NCBI GenBank assembly: GCA_964505415.1 | Contig: CAZDHW010000006.1 | Location: forward strand, 14,878 to 78,877 | Origin: an uncultured bacterium | Lineage (GTDB): Bacteria; Hydrothermota; Tepidihabitantia; Tepidihabitantales; DTDR01 | DNA length: 64,000 nucleotides | Direction of reading: 5' to 3' | Part shown: piece by piece, positions 31,479 to 40,955 of the stretch | Numbering within the stretch: the first letter of the stretch is position 1 | Layout: each line of letters begins with the position of its first letter | Notes under the pieces: model-generated | The model's database searches: none | Told to the model about the DNA's origin: nothing | The model's input: the letters and a program-made list of their open reading frames with translations, nothing else | Program-made: the position numbers and the translations under genes

Positions 31479-31667
31479 TTTTTTTAATTACTCAAACAAT
31501 TTTTTCACAAAATTTTTTAAGGAGATTCAGTTTTGGATTTTTAGGGTTTATTTATTTAGTATTAGGTTTTTTATTATTTTCCATAATTTTTTGGTCAGTT
31601 TATCTGTGGTTAGTTAAGGGAAAGAAAAAAAACAATAACAACTTTTAATAGTTTTTTTAATTAGTAA

Positions 31668-32348
31668 TTACGGTATTTCTCTAATGATCACAATTGGTGT
31701 CATTTCATCCCCCTGACCCCCAGGATTATCTTTGAGAATTTGTTCAATAAGTTTTTTATTAACATTATTAGAAGCCCCCACTACCCAGCTACCACCTATA
31801 TCATTCACATCAACGATAGCTACTGGTAAAGAAAAATGTTTACTGATTTTTTTAGCCACTTTATCCGGCTCTTTTGGCCCCATTATTACACATTCATAGT
31901 ACTCTTTTATTCCTGAGGTATAGGGAGCATCGATCATTGCTGCTTGTTTGCCTGCAATCCGGTAAAAATCACCTCTTCTCCCTAAAAGCTTTGTAATTCC
32001 ACTAAAAATAGCCGCAATAAAAATTCTTATTTTACCGCATTCTTTTATGGCACATTCCATACTATAAGGATTTCTTAAACCAGTTCCGTAAGGCACTTTT
32101 CTTACAAATCGCCAAAGAATTTTAGCTAAAAAAGAAACTTTTATATCTTTTATGGGAATTGCTCTTCCTTGAGCAGAAGCTACAGCACTTTCACTTATGG
32201 TTATTATATCATTCTCTTTTAACACTTCGTGGGTAGCTTCTTTAATAATAGTTATTAAATTATCCCCTTTTTTAATTAATTTAGTTTTTATTGGAATTCT
32301 TAAATATTTTTTATTTTCAATTTCTATAATTGATTTTTTATTTTTCAT
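31668..32348 (-). CDS. CofE-like protein (F420-0:gamma-glutamyl ligase family, PF01996-like)
   Basis: ITISESAVASAQGR motif and overall size of about 226 aa; family assignment is from memory of the motif only. Confidence 0.45.
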   Translation of the reverse strand: MKNKKSIIEIENKKYLRIPIKTKLIKKGDNLITIIKEATHEVLKENDIITISESAVASAQGRAIPIKDIKVSFLAKILWRFVRKVPYGTGLRNPYSMECAIKECGKIRIFIAAIFSGITKLLGRRGDFYRIAGKQAAMIDAPYTSGIKEYYECVIMGPKEPDKVAKKISKHFSLPVAIVDVNDIGGSWVVGASNNVNKKLIEQILKDNPGGQGDEMTPIVIIREIP

Positions 32349-34412
32349 TTACAAGAAGATTAGATATTTAATTTTAAAAACAAAAGCACTAATTTTACCT
32401 GGCAAGGGATTAAAAAGGGGAAGGGTAAAGGCAAAGTAAACTGAACTTTTGGGTAAAAAATTATAAGTAAATAAAAAGGATAAATTATTTCCTATTTCAA
32501 CCTTCTCTTTTCCTTCAGGTAAATATCTTATCAATTGGTTATTTATCCGAAAATGAATGTTATTAGTTAAAGAATAATTTAAAAAGAAGATAAAAGAATT
32601 ACTTACATCCTTTTTAAAATTAAGTCTCTCAAGGCTATCATATTCTAAAAGATTGTCGCAAGTAAAACTTAATTTTAAATTAGGTAAAAGGTCATAAGCT
32701 AAATATAAATTTATTGAACCATAAGGAGCAAAATAGTATTTGCGGTAATTATATACTTTTTTATAATAAGAAAATAATAAATTACTTTTAAATTTTTTAT
32801 GATAGGGTGAAGAGAGATAAAGAAAGCAACCATAAGAGTTATACCAAAGATTATTTTCGTAATTTTTAAAAAGATGAAAATTAAAAGAAGTTGACATCTG
32901 ATTTTCAAATGTGAAACTAAGAAAAGGTGCGAAGGAATAAGCAATTCCTTTTTCCCATTTCCAATCTTTAAAAAGATTTAAATAATTGCCAATACAAAAA
33001 GCGCGAAGAAAAGGAAGATTATAAAAACCATAATAAAAAGAATTTGTATTGCCAATGCCACTTTCTTGAAAATACCCAATTTCAGAAATATCAAACTCTG
33101 GCGAAAGATGAAAAAAAAGATTTGAAACATTAAGATTTTTATAGTAAAAATTGTTAATAAATATTAAGTATTCCCCATTCTTATCATTTTTTTTAGTTTT
33201 GCCTAAATAAAAAATGGGGTTAAAATAATCAAAATTAAAGTTTCCATCAACATTAAAAGCTTCATTTTCCATTCTAAAATTTTCTTTAGAATAATAGCCA
33301 ATACCCAAAGAAGAATTTTTCAAAATTTTTGATTTAAAACGACCAATCTTGTATAGGCTTTTTAATTCATTTTCTAAACTATCAGTAAAAATTGAGAGAA
33401 AAGAAAAATCAAAATTTTTTTCCTGAAGAATAATTTTTGCTCCCAAATTTATAGGCACAATCCTTCCTGATGGCATTGCTTTCCCAATTTTTCGAGTATA
33501 AGGCAAAGTAAAAATCTGAGAAGATAATGAATATATTTCATTACCTTCAATAAAGAAAGGTCTTTTTTCAGGAACGAATATTTCATATTTAGAAATATTT
33601 ATCTGATAAGGATCAGCTTCAATCTGAGCAAAATCCGGAAAAAGGGTGGTAGTCAAAGAAACTTCGGAAGTTATTTTCCAATCTATATCAAGACCTCCTT
33701 TTAAACTGATCTTTTTTTCTTCCCGTTTAATAAGAGAAAAAGGAAAAATTTCTAAATAAAAACCTTTTTTACCTGGTTTTACGCCAACAAGTCTGCCACT
33801 TTGGGCGATTCGAAAAATGTCTTTTTTTTGGGCTACCCACCAGTTGCTTTCGTCATTATAATTAATTATTCTTTCAAAATTTATATTCCATTCCGATAAG
33901 TCTTCTTTATATCTAATTGTTTTAAAAGGGACTTTAAATTCAGCGAAATATCCCCAAGAATAAATTTTTACTGCTGAATACCAAATACCATCCCAATTAT
34001 AATCAAAACTGTTACCACCTTCGTAAAATTTTCCATCAAATTGCACATTACCTAAATTGATAGCAAAATAATAGGCATTTTGATTATCTTTAAAAGTATC
34101 AATAATAAAACCTACTCGGTCACCATAACAATGTTCTCTTTCAGATACAGTCTTTTTTAACTTTCTAATATCTTTCATATAAGCTTTGAAAGCTACGTAT
34201 AAAGCTTCATTATCAAATAAGAGATAAACGGTTGTTGATTCACTTGGTATTTTTCCTTCATTAGGATATCTTTGAATGAAATCTTTGGCAGAATCTCCTT
34301 TTTGCCAGATGATATCAATTTTTCCGTCAATAATGGGTGGTTTATCGATGTAGATAGCTTTGATTATTTTTGCTGAAGAATTTATTAAAAAGAGAAAAAT
34401 AAAAAAAATCAT
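32349..34412 (-). CDS. DUF5916 / carbohydrate-binding family 9-like domain secreted protein
   Basis: N-terminal IDGKIDIIWQKGD...FIQRYPNEGKIPSESTTVYLLFDNEALYVA matches the CBM9-like start of DUF5916 proteins; signal peptide present. Confidence 0.5.
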   Translation of the reverse strand: MIFFIFLFLINSSAKIIKAIYIDKPPIIDGKIDIIWQKGDSAKDFIQRYPNEGKIPSESTTVYLLFDNEALYVAFKAYMKDIRKLKKTVSEREHCYGDRVGFIIDTFKDNQNAYYFAINLGNVQFDGKFYEGGNSFDYNWDGIWYSAVKIYSWGYFAEFKVPFKTIRYKEDLSEWNINFERIINYNDESNWWVAQKKDIFRIAQSGRLVGVKPGKKGFYLEIFPFSLIKREEKKISLKGGLDIDWKITSEVSLTTTLFPDFAQIEADPYQINISKYEIFVPEKRPFFIEGNEIYSLSSQIFTLPYTRKIGKAMPSGRIVPINLGAKIILQEKNFDFSFLSIFTDSLENELKSLYKIGRFKSKILKNSSLGIGYYSKENFRMENEAFNVDGNFNFDYFNPIFYLGKTKKNDKNGEYLIFINNFYYKNLNVSNLFFHLSPEFDISEIGYFQESGIGNTNSFYYGFYNLPFLRAFCIGNYLNLFKDWKWEKGIAYSFAPFLSFTFENQMSTSFNFHLFKNYENNLWYNSYGCFLYLSSPYHKKFKSNLLFSYYKKVYNYRKYYFAPYGSINLYLAYDLLPNLKLSFTCDNLLEYDSLERLNFKKDVSNSFIFFLNYSLTNNIHFRINNQLIRYLPEGKEKVEIGNNLSFLFTYNFLPKSSVYFAFTLPLFNPLPGKISAFVFKIKYLIFL

Positions 34413-34470
34413 AATTTTATAATAAAAAAAAAATTGAAAAATTCAAGGAAATTTTTTATAATTTAGATTA

Positions 34471-35091
34471 ATGGAAATTATTGATTTAGGAAAAAAAGGA
34501 TTTTTAGAAACTTATCAATTACAAAAATTTTATGTGGAAAAAAGAAGAAATAATGAAATCGATGATTTATTGATTTTGGTTGAACACCCAACAGTAATTA
34601 CTATTGGCAGAAACGGCAAAATAGAAAATCTTTTGATTCCGATGGCTAAATTGAAAGAATTAGGTATTGAATTTTATCAAATTGAAAGGGGCGGAGATAT
34701 TACCCTTCATAATTATGGTCAATTGGTTGGTTATTTGATTTTTTATTTAAAAAATGGTTTTTGGGAGATGAAAAAATTTATTATCTCTATTGAAAATTTA
34801 ATCATTGCTCTTTTAAAATCTTTTGGTATAAATGGTGAAAAAAAGGAAAAATTAATCGGCATTTTCGTCAACGATAGGAAAATCTGTTCTATTGGAATGG
34901 CTATTGACAAAAATATTACTTTTCATGGTTTTGCTTTAAATGTAAATAACGATCTAAGTTATTTTCAGTTGATTAATCCTTGCGGAATAAAGGGATTAAA
35001 AATAACTTCTATAAAAGAAGAATTAAAAAAAGATATTTCTGTAGAAGAAGTGAAAAAAGAATTAATCAAAATTTTCAAAAATGGCTTTTGA
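34471..35091 (+). CDS. lipB: Octanoyltransferase LipB
   Basis: EHPTVITIGR, RGGDITLHNYGQLVGY and the catalytic PCG motif. Confidence 0.8.
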   Translation: MEIIDLGKKGFLETYQLQKFYVEKRRNNEIDDLLILVEHPTVITIGRNGKIENLLIPMAKLKELGIEFYQIERGGDITLHNYGQLVGYLIFYLKNGFWEMKKFIISIENLIIALLKSFGINGEKKEKLIGIFVNDRKICSIGMAIDKNITFHGFALNVNNDLSYFQLINPCGIKGLKITSIKEELKKDISVEEVKKELIKIFKNGF

Positions 35092-36139
35092 TTCTAAACG
35101 GGAAGATTTGGTAGTTTTGATAAACAGTTATTTTGAAATTTATCAAATTGGGGAAAGAGAATTTATAGGTAAAGTTAGAGAACCTTTAGAGATAAATTTA
35201 AAAAATTTAAAAATGGCTTTAGAATCTTATGGCTATTTTCCTTTCTTCTTTAAAAAGAAAAAAATCCACATGCTTACTTTAATCCCCAAAATTGCTAAAG
35301 AAAAGAAAAAAGAAAATTATTGGATAAATTTATTACTTTTTATTTTGACTCTTTTTACAACTTTATTGGTCGGTTCTTTCCATCAAGGTGGAAATCCTTT
35401 TTCTAAAATTACCGATATTTTTTTAGGCATTCCCTTTTCTTTTTCGCTTTTAGCCATTCTTGGTTTTCATGAACTTGGTCATTATTTTTTCGCCAAAAAA
35501 GAGAATGTATCCGTATCTCTTCCTTATTTTTTACCCGTTCCCCATCCTTTAATTGGCACTATGGGAGCTTTTATTAAAATGCGTTCAATCATTCCTTCTA
35601 AAAGGGCTTTAATTAAAGTTGGGGTTGCTGGTCCTTTGACTGGTTTTTTAATGGCATTGCCAATTACTTATTTTGGTTTAAGACTTTCTAAAGTTATAAA
35701 GTTAGAAGAAATAAAATATGGATTATCGTTAGGAAATTCAATTATCTTTTCTTTGTTATCAAAATTTGTTTTTAAAAATATACCTAATGGCTATGATATT
35801 CTTTTACATCCGATGGCGTTTGCCGGTTGGTTAGGTTTTTTTGTTACGGCTTTAAATCTTATACCTTTAGGACAATTGGATGGTGGCCATATCGCTTATG
35901 CCCTTTTTGGCCGTTTAAAAATATTTATTTTAAGCATTTTAGCAATTCTTCTTTTTCTTTCTCGTTATTGGTTAGGTTGGGCGTTTTGGGTATTAATTGT
36001 CTCTCTTTTAGGGTTAAGACATCCTCCGGTTCAAGACGAGATAACACCTTTAAGAAAAAGGGATATATTTTTGGCAATATTAGCTTTAATAATATTAATT
36101 TTATCTTTTCCTCCGGTTCCCTTTTCAATGGGAAGATGA
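35081..36139 (+). CDS. M50 family (site-2 protease-like) membrane metalloprotease
   Basis: HELGH zinc motif in a TM helix and a downstream LDGGH motif; polytopic. Confidence 0.7.
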   Translation: MAFDSKREDLVVLINSYFEIYQIGEREFIGKVREPLEINLKNLKMALESYGYFPFFFKKKKIHMLTLIPKIAKEKKKENYWINLLLFILTLFTTLLVGSFHQGGNPFSKITDIFLGIPFSFSLLAILGFHELGHYFFAKKENVSVSLPYFLPVPHPLIGTMGAFIKMRSIIPSKRALIKVGVAGPLTGFLMALPITYFGLRLSKVIKLEEIKYGLSLGNSIIFSLLSKFVFKNIPNGYDILLHPMAFAGWLGFFVTALNLIPLGQLDGGHIAYALFGRLKIFILSILAILLFLSRYWLGWAFWVLIVSLLGLRHPPVQDEITPLRKRDIFLAILALIILILSFPPVPFSMGR

Positions 36140-37044
36140 AAAAAAAGATCGGTGCTATTTTTCCTGGACAAGGTTCTCAATATGTTGGTATGGGAAAAGA
36201 TTTATACGAAAATTTTTCTTTGGCAAAAAAATTTTATGACGAAGCTTGTGAAATTTTGAATTTTGACATAAAAAAAATTTCCTTTGAAGGTAATGAGGAA
36301 GAATTGAGAAAAACTTCTATTACTCAACCAGCAGTTTTGCTTCATTCAATTGTTTGTTTAGAACTTTTAAAAGAATTAAAAAAAGAAAGTTTTGATTTAG
36401 TAATGGGACATAGTTTAGGAGAATATACTGCCCTTTATTGTGCTGGTGTTTTTGATTTTCCTACAGTTTTAAAATTGGTAAGAAAAAGAGGAGAATTAAT
36501 GGAAAAAGCTGGCCAAAAAAAACCAGGAACGATGGCAGCAATCATTGGTTCTTCTGAAGAAAAGATTAAAGAGATTTGTAAGAAAGTATCTGGGGTATGT
36601 GTTTTAGCAAATTATAATAGTCCTTCCCAAATTGTTATCGCTGGCGAAATCAACGCAGTGAAAGAAGCTTGCGAATTATTAAAAAAAGAAGCAGTAAAAG
36701 TAGTGATGTTACCCGTTTCCGGTGCCTTTCATTCGCCATTATTAGAATCAGCTTATTTAGAATTTAAAGAGTATCTTTCCCAATTTAATTTTTGTGAACC
36801 CAAAATACCAATAGTAATGAATGCTACTGGGGAGATTTGTTATGATAAAAAAATAATCAAAAAAAATTTGGAAATCCAAATAATCTCTCCGGTTTTATGG
36901 TATAAAAGTATAAAAACTGCTTTTGATTACGGCTGTCGAGTTTTTTACGAAATTGGTCCGGGAAAAGTTTTAAGCGGATTAGTAAAAAAAACCGAAGAGA
37001 AGGCGATTGTTTATAACTTTGGTAAAAAAGAAGATTTTATATAA
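36136..37044 (+). CDS. fabD: Malonyl CoA-ACP transacylase
   Basis: FPGQGSQYVGMG and GHSLGEY active-site motifs; the ATG at 36136 overlaps the M50 stop (ATGA). The track ORF from 35827 is a frame-extension artefact. Confidence 0.9.
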   Translation: MKKKIGAIFPGQGSQYVGMGKDLYENFSLAKKFYDEACEILNFDIKKISFEGNEEELRKTSITQPAVLLHSIVCLELLKELKKESFDLVMGHSLGEYTALYCAGVFDFPTVLKLVRKRGELMEKAGQKKPGTMAAIIGSSEEKIKEICKKVSGVCVLANYNSPSQIVIAGEINAVKEACELLKKEAVKVVMLPVSGAFHSPLLESAYLEFKEYLSQFNFCEPKIPIVMNATGEICYDKKIIKKNLEIQIISPVLWYKSIKTAFDYGCRVFYEIGPGKVLSGLVKKTEEKAIVYNFGKKEDFI

Positions 37045-38734
37045 TTGGCATTTTTTGTACTTTCTTCTTCTTTTTTTGATACTTTTTTCAACACTTTCAC
37101 CTTCGGTGGGTTTAATCGATGCTGGTGAATTAATTTTTGGAATCGAGTATTTAAATATTTTACATCCTACCGGTTATCCTTTCTTTACTTTATTAGGAAA
37201 AGTTTTCTTTTTATTTTTACCTTTTCTGCCACCGGCTTTTAAAGGCAACCTTTTTTCATTTTTTATTGGTTTTTTAGCAATAATTATTTTGTATTTTTTA
37301 ATTAAAAAAATTACTAACGATAAATTAATTTCTTTAATTTTTATAACTATTTTCGCTTTTAGTAATCTTTTTTGGTCAATAGTAAATGAAATCGAGGTTT
37401 ATTCTTTGGTTGTTTTTTTAATAGTTCTTATTTGCTATTTATTTTTAAAAAGTAAAAAAATAAATATTACTTATTTTCTTTTTTATATTTTAGGGATTTC
37501 TTTAACTCACCATTTAATGATTTTAGCAATTATTTTGCCCATTTTGATTTATTTTTTTCTAACTAAAAAGAAAAAAATAACAATTCTTTTAATATTTCTT
37601 TTTTTAGGTTTTTCTTTTTATCTTTATCTGCCAATCAGAGCTAGTTTGAAACCGTTATTTAACTGGGGAAATCCTAAAGATTTTTTACGTTTTTTTTGGC
37701 ATATTTCTGGTAAGCAATATCGCATTTGGTCATTTTCTTTGTCAATGGAGGAAGTAATAAGAAATTTTTTCAAAGAAATTAATTTTCTTCTAAAAGAGAT
37801 GCTTTATTTTTATTTCCTTTTATCTTTTTGGGGTATATATTTTCTTTTCAAAAAAAATAAAAATTTTGCTTTGATTTTAATCTTCACAGTAATTATTGGG
37901 ATTTTAAATGCTGTTAATTATGGGATTCCAGATATTCAACCTTATTATCTACCAGCTTTCATACCTTTAATTATTTTTTCTGCGGAAGGATTTGTTAATA
38001 TTAAAGTTTTTTGTCAAAAGATTATAAAAAGTGCTTTTTTGGTTTTAACCTTTTTACTTTTAATAATTCTTAATTACCAAAATAATAATAAAAGAAATTA
38101 TTATTTAGCAGAAGATTTTACTTTTAACATTTTACAATCTTTGCCCGAAAATGCGTTAGTAATTACCGATTGGTGGGATTTTTATTCACCTTCTTTATAT
38201 TTTCGTTATTTAAAAAAAATTCGTCAGGATTTAATTATTATCGATAAAGAGCTTTTACGAAGAACTTTTTATTTGGAATATTTAAAAAAAGTTTATTCTA
38301 ATTTTATGGACACCGTTAAAGAAGAATTAAAAGAATATGAAAAATATCTTTATCAATTTGAATATGGTAAATTGAAAAATAATTTAGATATCCAAAGAGC
38401 ATATGTAAAATTATTGAAAAAATTTATTGAAAATAAAAAAGAAAAAGCCTTTATTGTTTACTTAAATTTAAGAGATTATGATTTAAAAGCGCTTTTGATA
38501 AATAAAAAACTCATTCCTTATTTTTTAGCTTTTCAGGTTAAGGATACTGGGGAATATGAATATTATGATTTTAATAATTTAAAATATCGAAGGCCTCAAA
38601 AGATATTAAATGAAAGAGAAAATTTAATAATTGATTACTACAAAAAAATGATAAATCTCAATATTTATTTTTTAGAAAAATCAAACCAAAAGGAAAAAAT
38701 AGAAGAATTAAAAAAAATATTATTAAAATTTTAA
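37007..38734 (+). CDS. DUF2723 family polytopic membrane protein (putative GT-C-fold glycosyltransferase)
   Basis: GLIDAGELIFGIEYLNILHPTGYPFFTLLGKVF matches the conserved DUF2723 N-terminal signature; an alternative TTG start at 37055 is possible. Confidence 0.6.
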   Translation: MFITLVKKKILYNWHFLYFLLLFLILFSTLSPSVGLIDAGELIFGIEYLNILHPTGYPFFTLLGKVFFLFLPFLPPAFKGNLFSFFIGFLAIIILYFLIKKITNDKLISLIFITIFAFSNLFWSIVNEIEVYSLVVFLIVLICYLFLKSKKINITYFLFYILGISLTHHLMILAIILPILIYFFLTKKKKITILLIFLFLGFSFYLYLPIRASLKPLFNWGNPKDFLRFFWHISGKQYRIWSFSLSMEEVIRNFFKEINFLLKEMLYFYFLLSFWGIYFLFKKNKNFALILIFTVIIGILNAVNYGIPDIQPYYLPAFIPLIIFSAEGFVNIKVFCQKIIKSAFLVLTFLLLIILNYQNNNKRNYYLAEDFTFNILQSLPENALVITDWWDFYSPSLYFRYLKKIRQDLIIIDKELLRRTFYLEYLKKVYSNFMDTVKEELKEYEKYLYQFEYGKLKNNLDIQRAYVKLLKKFIENKKEKAFIVYLNLRDYDLKALLINKKLIPYFLAFQVKDTGEYEYYDFNNLKYRRPQKILNERENLIIDYYKKMINLNIYFLEKSNQKEKIEELKKILLKF

Positions 38735-38806
38735 CTGGGGGACAGGGATTCGAACCCCGACTTTCTGATCCAGAGTCAGACGTCCTGCCAGTTAGACGAT
38801 CCCCCA
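38735..38806 (-). tRNA. tRNA-Gln (anticodon CUG)
   Basis: 72 nt cloverleaf folded by hand: U1:A72 acceptor, D stem GUCU/GGAC, anticodon stem UCUGA/UCAGA with loop CUCUGGA, T loop UUCGAAU, discriminator G. CCA is not encoded. Confidence 0.85.
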
Positions 38807-38955
38807 ATTAATTTATTTTAACAAAAGAAATAAAAATTTCAACATAAGAAATGAAATTTATGAATACCGTAGTCCCAATTTTAATAATTTTTATATTAAT
38901 AAGCTATTAACTATATTTCTATTTGCCTTTTTTTCTTAGATAATTATAATTTTAT

Positions 38956-40077
38956 ATGCTTGATTTTTCTCCTTATCGAAAAGAATTCCCTATTTTAGAA
39001 AATTGTGTTTATTTTAATAATGCTGCTACTGCCCCAATGCCATTAAGAACAAAAAGGGCGATTGAAAATTGGCTTAATAAATATGTTTATGAAGGGAATA
39101 TTCCGTGGGAAGAATGCCTTCAGTTAGAAGAAGAAACTCGAAAAATCATTGCTGATTTTCTTAATGCTAAAAAAGAAGAAATTTGTTTTAAAAGAAATAC
39201 TAGTGAAGGAATTTTAACAGTTCTTAATCTTATAAATTTTAATAAAAATGATAATATTATTGTTGCCCAAGATAATTTTCCAGCTAATTTTTTGCCCTAC
39301 TTAAAATATGATAAAGTAGAAAAGCAATACATTTCTATTTTGGAAGGAGATGTTTTGAAACAAATAAAAAAAGTTTTCAATAAAAGAACTAAATTGATTG
39401 CTTTGGATTGGGTTCATTTTCTTTCTGGGTATCAAATTCCTTTAAAGGAAATAAGTGATTTTTGTAAGAAATATGATTGTTATTTATTGATTGACGGTAT
39501 TCAAGGGATAGGGGCTTTAAAAATTGATTTAAAAGAAATAAATATTGACTTTCTAGTTTGCGGCGGTGGTAAATGGCTTTTTCCGCCCCAAGGTATAGGT
39601 ATGCTTTATATTAAGAAAGAAGTTTTAAAAAAATTAAAAAAAAGCTGCGTTGGTTGGCTAGGATATGAATGGCAAGATTTTAATAAAATATTCACGAAGA
39701 AAAAATTAAAAAATAGCGCTGCTTTTTTAGAAGAAGGAACAAAAAATTATTTAGGTTTAGTGGGTTTAAAAGAGAACGTTAAGTTTCTAATGGAAATTGG
39801 AATAGAAAATATTGAAAATTATCTTTTGGCACTTACTAATTATTTAAGTATTAGACTTAAAGAATTATTTTTTGAAATTTTAGAAAGAAATAAGGGCAGT
39901 GGAATTGTCGCTGCTAAAAGAAAAGAGAAAGATAGCCAGTGGCTTTATCAAGAACTTAACAAACGAAATTTCCGAATATCTTTAAGAGAAAATTATTTAA
40001 GGTTTTCTCCTCATTTTTACAATACACAAAAAGAAATTGATAATTTAATAGAAACAATTATTTTCCTAATAAAATGA
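38956..40077 (+). CDS. Class V aminotransferase-fold PLP-dependent enzyme
   Basis: FNNAATAP N-terminal motif; conserved lysine region (GGGKWLF). Confidence 0.65.
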   Translation: MLDFSPYRKEFPILENCVYFNNAATAPMPLRTKRAIENWLNKYVYEGNIPWEECLQLEEETRKIIADFLNAKKEEICFKRNTSEGILTVLNLINFNKNDNIIVAQDNFPANFLPYLKYDKVEKQYISILEGDVLKQIKKVFNKRTKLIALDWVHFLSGYQIPLKEISDFCKKYDCYLLIDGIQGIGALKIDLKEINIDFLVCGGGKWLFPPQGIGMLYIKKEVLKKLKKSCVGWLGYEWQDFNKIFTKKKLKNSAAFLEEGTKNYLGLVGLKENVKFLMEIGIENIENYLLALTNYLSIRLKELFFEILERNKGSGIVAAKRKEKDSQWLYQELNKRNFRISLRENYLRFSPHFYNTQKEIDNLIETIIFLIK

Positions 40078-40955
40078 AATACCTACTATCTAAAGTTATT
40101 TGTAAAATAAAAAGACTTGACCTACGGGCAAAATTAGTTGTTGAGGGTTTCTTATCAGGTTTGCATAAAAGTTCTTATAAAGGTCAAGCAATTGAATTTG
40201 CTGATTATCGTCCTTATTTGCCAGGAGATGAATTAAAAAGAATTGATTGGAAAATATTTGCTAAAACTGATAAATTTTGGGTTAGAGAATATGAGGAAGA
40301 AACTAATTTGCGGGCTTATCTTTTTTTAGACACTTCAGGTTCAATGAAATATAAAAGTAAAGAAATCAGTAAATTTGAGTACGCTTCTTTTTTGGCTGCC
40401 GCTTTTGCTTATTTGTTATTTAAACAACATGATAGCGTTGGTTTGGCTCTTTTTAACAAAAATAGTTATCAGTATTTGCCACCACAATTTTCTAAATCCC
40501 ATTTAGCGAAAATATTAGAAATAATTGAATCAGTAAAACCAGAGGGTGAAACCGATATTTATAAAAGTTTGACTGAGTTGGGTAAAAAAATTAAAAAAAG
40601 GGGATTAATAATTATTTTTTCTGATTTCTTTGACAAAAAAGAGAATATTTTAAAAGGATTAAAAAATTTAAGGCATAAAAAAAATGAAGTTTTGGTGTTC
40701 CATATTCTCGATCCTAACGAAATCAATCTCAATTATGAAGAGCCCCTGATCTTTAAAGATTTAGAAACTAGAAGAGAGATAAAGTTAGACCCAAGAAGTA
40801 TAAAAAAAGAATATCAAGAGACTTTGAAAAAATTATTTCTTTATTATAAACAAGAATGTGCTGCTCATTATATTGATTATAATCTTATCTTTACTAATAT
40901 GCCTTTTGATTATGCTTTTTTGAGTTATTTAGCCAAAAGAGCAAAAATTAAATAA
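40074..40955 (+). CDS. DUF58 domain protein (MoxR-system vWA-like partner)
   Basis: YKGQAIEFADYRPYLPGDELKRIDWK...YLFLDTSGSM, classic DUF58. Confidence 0.8.
   Translation: MKYLLSKVICKIKRLDLRAKLVVEGFLSGLHKSSYKGQAIEFADYRPYLPGDELKRIDWKIFAKTDKFWVREYEEETNLRAYLFLDTSGSMKYKSKEISKFEYASFLAAAFAYLLFKQHDSVGLALFNKNSYQYLPPQFSKSHLAKILEIIESVKPEGETDIYKSLTELGKKIKKRGLIIIFSDFFDKKENILKGLKNLRHKKNEVLVFHILDPNEINLNYEEPLIFKDLETRREIKLDPRSIKKEYQETLKKLFLYYKQECAAHYIDYNLIFTNMPFDYAFLSYLAKRAKIK

Noticed and set aside
35827-36135. N-terminal 103 codons of the 405 aa ORF containing fabD
   Set aside because: This stretch lies inside the M50 protease gene in another frame. The canonical FabD N-terminus MKKKIGAIFPGQG starts at 36136, at an ATGA overlap.
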